A stretch of 63,877 nt of DNA, counting the filler, from Octopus bimaculoides (Eukaryota), in assembly GCF_001194135.2 (NCBI RefSeq). It is 6 parts of 5 records of this genome, joined end to end, with 100 filler letters (N's around TTAATTAATTAA, not from the genome) between each part and the next. Parts side by side here need not be neighbours in the genome. Positions count along the whole stretch, not along the records: positions 49,726 to 62,573 come from NC_068991.1; 5 more parts are not named here. One strand, given 5' to 3'. The notes under the pieces are model-generated. The model saw only the letters and a program-made list of their open reading frames with translations, ran no database searches and was not told where the DNA came from. Position 1 is the stretch's first letter. The number at the start of each line of letters is the position of its first letter. The translations under genes and the position numbers were made by a program. Positions 50,938 to 61,180 of this stretch are shown in pieces.

Positions 50938-52890
50938 ATCATCATCATCATCATCATCTTTTAACGTCCGCTTTCCATGCTAGCAAGGGTCGGATGATTT
51001 GACTGAGGACTGGCGAACCAGATGGCTGCACCAGGCTCCAATCTGATCTAGCAGAGTTTCTACAGCTGGATACCCTTCCGAACGCCAACCACTCTGAGAG
51101 TGTAGTGGGTGCTTTTACGTGCCAACGGCACGAGGGCCAATCTGGCAGTACTGGCAACAGCTACGCTCAAATGGTGTATTTTACGTGCCACCTGCACAGG
51201 AGTTAGTCCAGCGGCACTGGCAATGACAGCGCTCGAATGTTTTGTTCACATGCCACCAGCACAAGTGCCAGTAAGGCAACACTGGTAATGATCACGCTCA
51301 AATGGTGCTTTTTATGTGCCATGGCATGGAAGCCAGACAGCTGCTCTGGCAGTGATCCTGCTCGGATGGTGCTGTTAGTGCTCCACTGGTACGGGTGCCA
51401 GTCATCGAATTTGGTTCAGTTTCAATTTCACTTGCCCCAACAGGNNNNNNNNNNGCTCGGATGGTGCTGTTAGTGCTCCACTGGTACGGGTGCCAGTCAT
51501 CGAATTTGGTTCAGTTTCAATTTCACTTGCCCCAACAGGTCTTTGCAAGCAGAGTTTAGTGTCCAATGAAGGAAGATTGGCATGGGTGCCAGTCGTTAAA
51601 TTTAGTTCGATATCGTTTTCGATTTCACTTGCCTCAACAGGCCTTCGCAAGCAGGCTTTTGTGTCCAAAGAAGGAAAGGTACGCATAAGTGGGCTGGCTA
51701 CACCCCTGATAAAGGCCAAAAGTTATGGTCTCACTTGTCTTGCTGGGTCTTCTCACGCACAGCATATTTCCAAAGGTCTCGGTCACTAGTCATTACCATG
51801 ATGAGGCCTAATGTCCGAAGGTCATGCTTCACCACCTTATCCCAGGTCTTCCTGGGTCTACCTCTTCCACAGGTACCCTTAACCACTAGGCTGTGGCACT
51901 TTTCCACACAGCTATCCTCATCCATTCTTGCCAAATGACCATACCAGTGCAATCGTCTCTCTTGCACACCACAACTGATGCTTCTTAGGTCCAACTTTTC
52001 TCTCAAGGTACTTACACTCTGTCGAGTATGTACACTGACATTACACATCCATCGGAGCATACTGGCTTCATTCCTTGCGAGCTTACACATGTCCTCAGCA
52101 GTCACTGCCCATGTTTCACTGCCATGTAGCATGGCTGTTCGTACACATGCGTCATACAGTCTGCCTTTTACTCTGAGCAAGAGGCCCTTTGTCGCCAGCA
52201 GAGGTAAGAGCTCTCTGAACTTTGCCCNNNNNNNNNNNNNNNNNNNNNNNNNNNNNNNNNNNNNNNNNNNNNNTTCTACACATCAAGCAGGGCCATCTAC
52301 CTGAAGGGGTTTGTGGTTTGTCTACCTTCCTACTTATTAGGACTTTGGTTTTAGCTAGGTTGACTCTAAAGCACTTCGATTCTAATCCTTACTTCCACAC
52401 CTGAAACTTCTCCTCTAGTTCTGATAGTGACTCAGCAATTAGAGCAAGGTCATCAGCATAGAGGAGCTCCCAGGGGCATCCTATCTTGAATTTCTCTGTT
52501 ATTGCCTGGATGACTATGATAAATAGGAGGGGGCTGAGGACTGATCCTTGATGGACCCCTACCTCTACCCGGAATTCTTCACTGTACTTGTTACCAACCC
52601 TCACCTTATTGATGGTGTCCCTGTACATGGCTCGCACAGCTCTCACTAACCATTCATCTATCCCTAGTTTCCGCATTGACCACTAGATAAAAGATTGGGG
52701 GACCCTGTCAAAGGCTTTCTCCATGTCAACGAAAGCCAGAAATATAGCATCAGTGGTGCTTTTCCCTGGCACGTACCCAAACTGCATCTCATCTAAACTA
52801 ACTCTATCCCAAATTAGTTGGGCTATGACCCTCTCCGTGACCTTCATTACCTGATCCAACAACTTGATACCTCTGTAATTATTTGTGTCT
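50938..52890 (-). mobile_element. RTE-clade LINE, 5'-truncated: RT, thumb, long 3' UTR with tandem arrays, (GAT)n tail
   Basis: NYRGIKLL, QFGYVPGKSTTDAIF, FVDMEKAFDRVP, GVHQGSVLSPLLF, LLYADDLALI, LHGSETW, RLHWYGHLARMD, GRGRPRKTW. Confidence 0.95.
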
Positions 52891-52896
52891 GAAACG

Positions 52897-52924
<28 letters not shown>

Positions 52925-52930
<6 letters not shown>

Positions 52931-53922
52931 CCAAGAGAGTTAGGTTGTGAATCCAACCAACTAGGGGATAATATTTACCACATATACTATTGGTAGAATA
53001 CCCAAATATTAATACACAAGTCTTTTTTCATTGCATGGTAATTGCATTACCGATGTAATAAATGGGTGAGGGTAAAAAGTTATTTTTACTCTTAATTTAT
53101 ATAGCAATAAGAAAATGGAGGGGATCAAGAGTTGGTATTCATCAACTTATAGACATTATATTATGTCTATTTATTTATTTTTAAAAAATGACAATTATAG
53201 CAATATACATACATGTATAACATATGTATAACATATTATACTTTACATATATAATATATAAAATATAAAATACCAGTAATCATTAAGATATATAACGTAC
53301 AACATAGAAAGTAGGATAAAATCTTACAGCTGTTTCAGCCAAGAGACCATAGTACTCCATTCTACTTTTATCCCTCCAGTGAACTGAAGTATTTGGTAGA
53401 TAAGATTAAGGTACTTGGGTGGTCTCTGGGCTTCGTCAGAGAGTTTAGAAAGTTCATAAGGTTAAGTTATAAATATAAATACATACATATATACATACTT
53501 TTACATATACATGCATATACATAAATATACATAAAAACATATACATATATTAAAATGTATATGCATATGTATATGTATATGCATAGAAAGGAATCAATTA
53601 TTATTATTAGGTGTATTGTATTATGTTATTCTTATTAGATAAAGTATAAACAGAGATAGGAGAAAGTTATTAAAAGAGAAATAATAGCGCAATTTTAAAA
53701 AATCAATGTATCATAAGATTATTGTAGTACATAACTACAATAATATTAAGATACATTGATTTTTAAAAAATTACACTATTATTTCTCTTTTAAAAACTTT
53801 CTCCTAACTCTGGTATTTTTATATTTTAAATATTATATATATAAAGCATAATATGTTATACATGTAAGTATATTGCTATAATTGTCTTTTTAAAAAAATA
53901 AATAGACATAATATAATGTCTA
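52925..53922. mobile_element. Hammerhead-containing foldback unit, Penelope pseudo-LTR/retrozyme-like
   Basis: Right arm 53734-53922 is the inverse of 53150-53276 plus 53651-53728. The intervening 53277-53650 holds a hammerhead motif. Family assignment is inference. Confidence 0.6.
53318..53446 (-). ncRNA. Type I hammerhead ribozyme with long stem II and palindromic helix III
   Basis: Minus strand AAACTCT-CTGACGA-AGCCCAGAGACCA..70 nt..TGGTCTCTTGGCT-GAAA-C AGCT G-TA/AGATTTT. Stem I pairs 6/7, stem II 12/13; triplet GUA. Confidence 0.82.
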
Positions 53923-55793
53923 CTGTTTAATATTTCTTTTTGTTTTATGGGATAAATAAGTAGTCTTTTTATTTAATTTCTTTGATTATTGGTTTATTTT
54001 CTAATTAATGTTTAGTCAATAGTACATTTCTAATTTTATTTAAACTAAAGTTTCGATTAGATAAATTTTGTATTTCTTTTCAATAATCTTGTTAAATATT
54101 TTTCCCTTTATTTAATGGTGATATAATTGCTTTTATATATTAATTTATACAAATTAATCTTTGTAGGTTTATATTTTATGTTTAAAATTATAATTTTAGT
54201 TTAACCTAAAACTTCGTTTAAATTGTATTTTAAACGAAAGATTTGTTAAGATAAGATTTGCAAATAATATTTCTGTTAGTATATATTGTTTCTTAGTCTT
54301 ATTCTTTTGAATCTATAATTATTTAGATTTTAAAGTTCAATTAAATGTTTACAATATAGTTAATTGTTTTATTATGATTTAAGTTATATAAAGTTTAATC
54401 TTTCATTCATAATAAAATTTTNNNNNNNNNNNNNNNNNNNNNNNNNNNNNNNNNNNNNNNNNNNNNNNNNNNNNNNNNNNNNNNNNNNNNNNNNNNNNNN
54501 NNNNNNNNNNNNNNNNNNNNNNNNNNNNNNNNNNNNNNNNNNNNNNNNNNNNNNNNNNNNNNNNNNNNNNNNNNNNNNNNNNNNNNNNNNNNNNNNNNNN
54601 NNNNNNNNNNNNNNNNNNNNNNNNNNNNNNNNNNNNNNNNNNNNNNNNNNNNNNNNNNNNNNNNNNNNNNNNNNNNNNNNNNNNNNNNNNNNNNNNNNNN
54701 NNNNNNNNNNNNNNNNNNNNNNNNNNNNNNNNNNNNNNNNNNNNNNNNNNNNNNNNNNNNNNNNNNNNNNNNNNNNNNNNNNNNNNNNNNNNNNNNNNNN
54801 NNNNNNNNNNNNNNNNNNNNNNNNNNNNNNNNNNNNNNNNNNNNNNNNNNNNNNNNNNNNNNNNNNNNNNNNNNNNNNNNNNNNNNNNNNNNNNNNNNNN
54901 NNNNNNNNNNNNNNNNNNNNNNNNNNNNNNNNNNNNNNNNNNNNNNNNNNNNNNNNNNNNNNNNNNNNNNNNNNNNNNNNNNNNNNNNNNNNNNNNNNNN
55001 NNNNNNNNNNNNNNNNNNNNNNNNNNNNNNNNNNNNNNNNNNNNNNNNNNNNNNNNNNNNNNNNNNNNNNNNNNNNNNNNNNNNNNNNNNNNNNNNNNNN
55101 NNNNNNNNNNTAAATATATATATATATATATATATTAGGGATACCAAAAAGCAATGTCATGATTTCAAGCAAATAGTCTTATGTCATACCACAAATAGTT
55201 TACAAGCCAATAAAAGGTGTCCATGCAATCAATCAAATAGCATAGCGACATTAATGTAGACATGTGGTGTTTGTAGATAACCTGTCTGATAGCCCATGAA
55301 AGACAAGAATTTTAGTGAGCTTCATATTTGGCATTGCATGTTTTTAAAGTCAGTAAATTTGGGGTAAATTTAGCCAATCATATCAGTCATCTACTACCAC
55401 CTGGCAGTCATGCTTTGCTCTGCTTCAAGGCAGACCATTGCTGATTTGAAATAAACTCTACAAGCATAGCAGTGCCACTAGCCAGGCTTGTCCAAGATGC
55501 ATGCAGAGAGACGAAACCATCCTGCATACATTCATACAGTGTCTGAGTATTATTGATTCGTGGAGTTATGTTGAACAGCTGGTATCACATGTAAGACAGA
55601 TCTGGTTATCACCCCACTCCATCATAGCCCAGCCTTCATCAGCTTTTTTAAATTGCACTTGAAAAAGGAAGATGAGGGTTGAGAGGGAGGTACTGTTCCA
55701 TCTTACCCAGTATATTTGTTGAAATGTTGGTGAATGTGGTGAGGTTGGCCTACATGAGTGACCTACTCTAAGCTGGAGTCTGTAGGATAGAGT

Positions 55794-55846
55794 TTACCCT
55801 GACTGCCAATGACAGCAGAGGAAGATGCCCTTGGCAGTCAGGGTAA
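55794..55846. repeat. Perfect 16-bp inverted repeat hairpin
   Basis: TTACCCTGACTGCCAA-21 nt-TTGGCAGTCAGGGTAA. Confidence 0.9.
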
Positions 55847-56053
55847 TCCAGGATTGATAGGGGTCGTTGGTTGCCCCTGAGTAGTACCCTGTGTCTCGTT
55901 TGGAGAATTTAGTTGTTATTAAATTTCTTGTTAATTGTTATTGTTTTATCGCTTACACATGAAGGCAAAAAAACCCCACTGTCTTTTGTCTTTGTATTGT
56001 CTTAAGTTTTTTTTTCCCCTTTTGGTCAAAATTATTATTATCATTATTATTAA

Positions 56054-56183
56054 GGCAGCGAGCTGGCAGAATCGTTAGTGCACTGGATGAAATGCTTAGT
56101 GGTATTTCACCCATTGCTACGTTCTGAGTTCAAATTCTGCTAAGGTTGGCCTTACTTTTCATCTTTTCAAGGTCAATAAAATG
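56054..56183 (+). mobile_element. SINE family A, 5' half (3' half resumes at 57421-57502)
   Basis: GGCAGCGAGCTGGCAGAATCGTTAG...GGTCAATAAAA continues after the mariner as TAAGTACCAGTTG. Confidence 0.88.
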
Positions 56184-57420
56184 CAAGGGTGTTCATTAAA
56201 GATTTCCCCTAATCCACTTACCAAGGACTGAGATAAATGAATCTTGGCATAATTATAAGTCTTTCTCTACATAGCCACCACCAATGGTAACATACTTCTC
56301 TCATCACTTCATGCAGCTGTGAAGACCCCATATATAGAAGTTGGTAGGTTGCATCTGGAGCCAAGACTTTACCTTGGAAATAAGTTCATCATCATCTGAA
56401 AAGTGCTTCTCCTTCAAAACAGACTTTATAGTTGGAAAGGGGTAGAAGTCAGATGGTGCAAAGTCAGGATAGTAAGGAGGATGAGGGAGGATTTCAGGAG
56501 TGTGCTTTCATCTGGGCAACATGCGCATTGTGGACTGTCTTGGAGGAGGTGAACTCCTTTGGCCTCTCTGCTCTCATGGCTTCCTGCAATTTCTGCTGCA
56601 GAGAAGCATAATATGCCCCATTAATTGTAGTGCCCTTTACCAGAAAATCCATTATCTCTACTCTGCGCTGGTCCCAAAAGACTGTGAGCATCACCTTGCC
56701 TGCTGAGCATTGGACACAAGCCTTCTTTGGAGGTGGTGAGTTATCATGCTTCCATTGCTTCAACTGGACATTAGTCTCAGGATCACATGTTTCATCTTGT
56801 GTGATACGTCTGCTGAAAAAGTCCTCATTTTCTTGACACATTACCAAAAGTGCCTGGGAGCAATTGACTCATTCCTGCTTCTGAAAAAGTGTGAGCATCC
56901 AGGAAATCCATCATGCAGACAACTTCCACATGTGCAAATAGTTGTGAATGATTTTTTTTCCACGGACCCTACACTTATCTTCACTTCTTGGGTTAGTTGC
57001 CAAATAGTTATGCAGTGATCCTCCAAAATAGCAGCTTCCACTTTATGGATTGTGTCATCATCAATGGCGGAATGTGGTTGTCCAGGAATAGGAGCAGTTT
57101 CCACTGATGTCCGACCACATTTGAACTGGCGATGCCAGGGCTTGACTATGTCATATGATGGTGCATTGTCACCATAAACTTCTTTCATCTTATCAAAAGT
57201 CTCTTCTGGTGTATGACCTTTCAAGTATAAGAACCTGATCACTGATCTGCATTCAACTGCCTCCATTATAACACCATAGTCCACTTTAGCAGCCATGAAA
57301 ACAAATGAATACTAGTGGAATGCTGCAATTTACAATGTGACATGTAGACACATGTATAATTATACATTTCCTGCAATAACTGGAAGTGGGTCAGGGGAAA
57401 TCTTTAATGAACATCCCTCA
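56184..57420 (-). mobile_element. Full-length decayed mariner (irritans/Himar1-like), 1237 bp, with TIRs
   Basis: TIR GGG(A)TGTTCATTAAAGATTTCCCCT at both ends. Transposase fragments: RSVIRFLYLKG, ITQDET, SAGKVMLTVFWD, PHPPYYPDFAPSDF, GGGYVEK. Confidence 0.95.
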
Positions 57421-57599
57421 TAAGTACCAGTTGAACACTGGCTCAATATAACTGACTCATCTCCTCCCCCAAATTGCTGTCCTTGTGGCAAAATTTGAAA
57501 CCATTATTATTATCATCATTATTATTATTATTATTATTGTTATTATTATTATTATTATCATCATCATCATCATTATTTTTATTATTATTATTTCCTATA

Positions 57600-58200
57600 C
57601 ACTTAACAGACTAGACTTTTGGAAAAGAAAAGAATCCTAACATCAGGCTACAAGTAGTCTTAGATGCCAGGAATGTATCCTATATATCCTACATATCCTA
57701 GCTGTTCCTAACAACACTGTTTTCTGGAGTTATAGTAAACTGAGTTTTATGCCTATCTCCTCTATCCATCTGTTCAGATCTTTAGGGATAGTTCCCAATG
57801 TACCTATAACTACTGGGATACATTTTACCCACACTTTCCATAGTTTCTGTAATTCAATAGCTGGGTCCTGGTACTTTGCTATTTTTTCTATATATCTCAT
57901 ATTAATTTTTTCATCATTTGGGGCTGTAAAGTCAATTATCTAGCAATTTCTATTTTTATCTACTATTACCAAATCAGGCCTTCTAGCTTCTATTACTCTG
58001 TTAGTCTGAATGTTAAAGTCCCACAAGATCTTGTATTTCTTACTTTCTAGTACGTTACTAGGTTCATGTTCATAACATTTATCAGTATGTTCAAATCCTA
58101 GCTTTCTATATATTGTTCTCCCTAGATTGTCATGTCTTTTCATATATTCTTTCTGTACCAGCATGCTACATTCACTTACTATATGAGTAACACTGAATGA
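57600..58200 (-). mobile_element. R4/Dong-like LINE 3' fragment (part of CCHC knuckle plus PD-(D/E)xK endonuclease), (AAT)n tail
   Basis: HIVSEC..RHDN, KILWDFNIQT, RRPDLVIVDK, IID, EKIAKYQD, IPVVIGTLG, LQKTVLLGTARI. Confidence 0.9.
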
Positions 58201-58564
58201 CATAATTAACAGCAATAATAACAAACACCATGAACAACATCATTGACAACAACCAGAACAAAAGCAAAACCAGAGATTCAGGAGCATGTATAAAGTCAGT
58301 TATATGGAGCCTTGTACATGACTGGTCCCATATTTTATAATCCTCTAGAGGCTGAGAGAAAAGTTAACCCAATCAGGACTTGAATTCAGAATGTGAAATG
58401 ACAAAACTAAATGCTGCAACACAATTTCTGCATCACTCTAATGATTCTGAAATGGAAAAAAAGTAAAATTTTGAAAGAATGTAATGATGTATAATAAAGT
58501 GTGGTGACATCTGATATATTTTGTAGAGTACTGTGTTGGGTGTCTGGACAAAACAGTCACATTG

Positions 58565-58970
58565 AAAATGACCTAGTCAATAAGGGTCAACAGTACTGTT
58601 GTCTAGTATATTAAGATCAACTCTAGTGTTGCCAAATCATTTACAATCAATTATAGTATTGTCCAGTCAATTAAGATTTACTAAAGAATTATCCAGCCAA
58701 TTAGGATGAACTATATCATTGTCCAGGCCATTAGGATCAACTATGCAGTTGTCCAGTTCAATAAGTTCAACTAAAGTATAAGCACATTAAAAACAGCTAT
58801 ACTGTTGTCCAGTTCATTTAAATCAACTATATTGTTATTCAGTCCATTAAGATTAAGTATAGTATTGTCCAGCTCATTAGGATCATCTATTAGTATTGCC
58901 TAGTAAAATTAAGATTAACTATAACAATGTCCAGTACATACCGTCAACTATAGTGCTGTTCAGTCCTTAT
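58565..58970. repeat. Diverged 30-bp minisatellite, about 14 units
   Basis: Consensus about AGTATTGTCCAGTCAATTAAGATCAACTAT, with period 30 visible in register. Confidence 0.88.
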
Positions 58971-59429
58971 ATATTTTGGTCGTTTTAGTCCTAGCACATT
59001 CTATCTAATTACACATCTGTATAATTATTCCTAGAGTACAATTTTTCATCCCTAATGATACTATGTTGTCATCTCCTGTGTTAATGGGGGAACTGATGAC
59101 AACATATTTCATCTGTAACAGTTAGCATGATACCATTTATTACACAAAAGATATTGAACATAATCTTTTACTATGTGTCTGCCATTACAAACTTTACTTA
59201 CTTTCTTTATATTCTGATCAACAGCTCCTGCTTTCACTGTTCTGCTGTTTTAGCAGAAAAGTGTTTTCTTATTTTGTATGTAGTTACAATAATTTGTCCT
59301 GAGCAAATTACTTTTGTACATCACTTACTAAAATCATAAAACTTAATACTTAAGATGATAGGTGAAAATTTGATCAGAGTGCAAGATATTTTTTTGAAAC
59401 ACATCTACACATAATATCACTGGAAATGT

Positions 59430-59580
59430 TATTGTTGTTGTTTAACTCAGTTCAGCTCTGATAGGGTAGATGGTCTACCATTTTTTCACCAGACTATTTA
59501 ATTCTGTTAGTATTGCTTGTTTTAAAATGGTAGGGTGTGACTTGAGGGAGAGTTGTTTACTATTTCTAGCAGGTCAAACA
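59430..59580 (-). mobile_element. SINE-like family D remnant
   Basis: GGTAGGGTGTGACTTGAGGGAGA..TATTTCTAGCAGGTC is the reverse complement of the 5118-5312 type. Confidence 0.5.
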
Positions 59581-61082
59581 TTACTATCAATTTATGAGCC
59601 TTTATTGTTATTTGCTGTTATGTGACATAGATTGTAGTTAGGTTTTATGAAGTTCAAAGGTTAAATAGATTAGACAAAAAAGATAAGATATGGGACATCA
59701 AATATATGACACATGATAAAACGAACTATAAGTTTTAAGTATGTTCTATTGATTTCAGCAACATTCTCACCAAACAGATGTGTGTGTGTGTGTCTGTGTG
59801 TGTGTGTGTTGCATATTTATAGTAACAGTGTAGCTCTAGATCCGCCCTGATTGAACAAGCCTGTTGTAACAAGAGGTAAATTAAAAGTTGGGCTTTACCA
59901 GTTTAGGAAGTATATTTAGATGTGTGCATGTAAGAAGGTTTAAAATGTATAAATGCATGTTTTACATAAAGGTAATGATGAAAATCAGAAGGTAATGCTT
60001 TTGTTTATCAAACATAATTTATTCCTTGCTCACACATGAAGTAGCAGGCACAACAGAGATAAGTGTACAAGACAATAGTGTGTAGGTGGCATGAATTAAT
60101 TCCTTACTACACATCAAGGTAGTTAGCTCTGGTATTTGGCTGCAAATCTAAAATATCCAATAAGTTTTGAAGTGGTAGTGAGGCGAGGTAGAAATCCCAC
60201 AGTGTGTCGAGCTAGATGAGCCACAAGCTTGTCAATAGATTAGTGTCTACATCTGAATGGGATAAAGCAAAGCAGCGACGAAAGGGGACCAGATGTTAAA
60301 ATTCTAACATTTAGACAGTGACTGGATAAAATGCCTTTGAAAAGTGCACACTATTACTCTGGGCAGAAGTCGTCATGTGTATTCCTTTACCGTTAGCTTT
60401 TAAAGAGCGGTGGAACGCAGCACCAGTGTGCTGCTATGCTGGGACGAAGTAATTCGACTGCCCTGCTAAGGCTACATCATCCCCCTCCGAGACCATTGTC
60501 GGTAACTTTTAGAATTTGTAGCAGAGCAGAGTAAGGCAATGGCACAAAAGGTGAAGGAAAGGAAGAATATGTAAAAACCTACTTTCTGTCATCACTGGGA
60601 AGAAAAATATCTGTCCCAACTTGTTGAGCAGAGTGGTCTCTGAGTGGCAGAAAGTTAAAACTGGCAGCCAAAAGTACAAATCAAGGAAACCAGGAATGTA
60701 TGGATGTACCAGCAAAAGTTGCATTAAAAAATACAGGTGCTGAAAATGGAAAGTGCAAATATATGCAACAGCAGTGTGATGGATAACACCGTTTGCAGTG
60801 TCTGATGCAAAAAACCTTGAACTAAAAGCTGTGCATCACAGACTGAGTGTGCAAAAAGAGGTGTTGGATAGTAGACCACAGAATTGGGAAGCATACCAGT
60901 GAATTAATGCGTATGCGAATACAAGCACACAAGCATGAGGAATATAGAAAATGTAACAAAAAGCAATTGAAAATGCGATAAGAAAACATGCAAATAATGT
61001 ACAGTATAAATTCAGTCCATGTAGAAGTTGAAAATAAGGCATGCAAAGGAATGTGCAGAATCTGTATGGATGTATGTAATGC

Positions 61083-61180
61083 AAGGCTAAGGCAGTGTGC
61101 AGGATTTACCAGCTGGTGCAAAGCTGAGGCAGTGTGCAAGATGTGCCAGCCGGTGCAAAGCTGAGGCAATGTACAGGACT
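61083..61180. repeat. 37-bp tandem repeat, about 2.6 copies
   Basis: GGCA(G/A)TGT(G/A)CA recurs at 61091, 61128 and 61165. Confidence 0.8.

Noticed and set aside
51355-51539. Identical 85-bp direct repeat on both sides of a 10-N gap
   Set aside because: Typical unmerged contig overlap; likely an assembly artefact.
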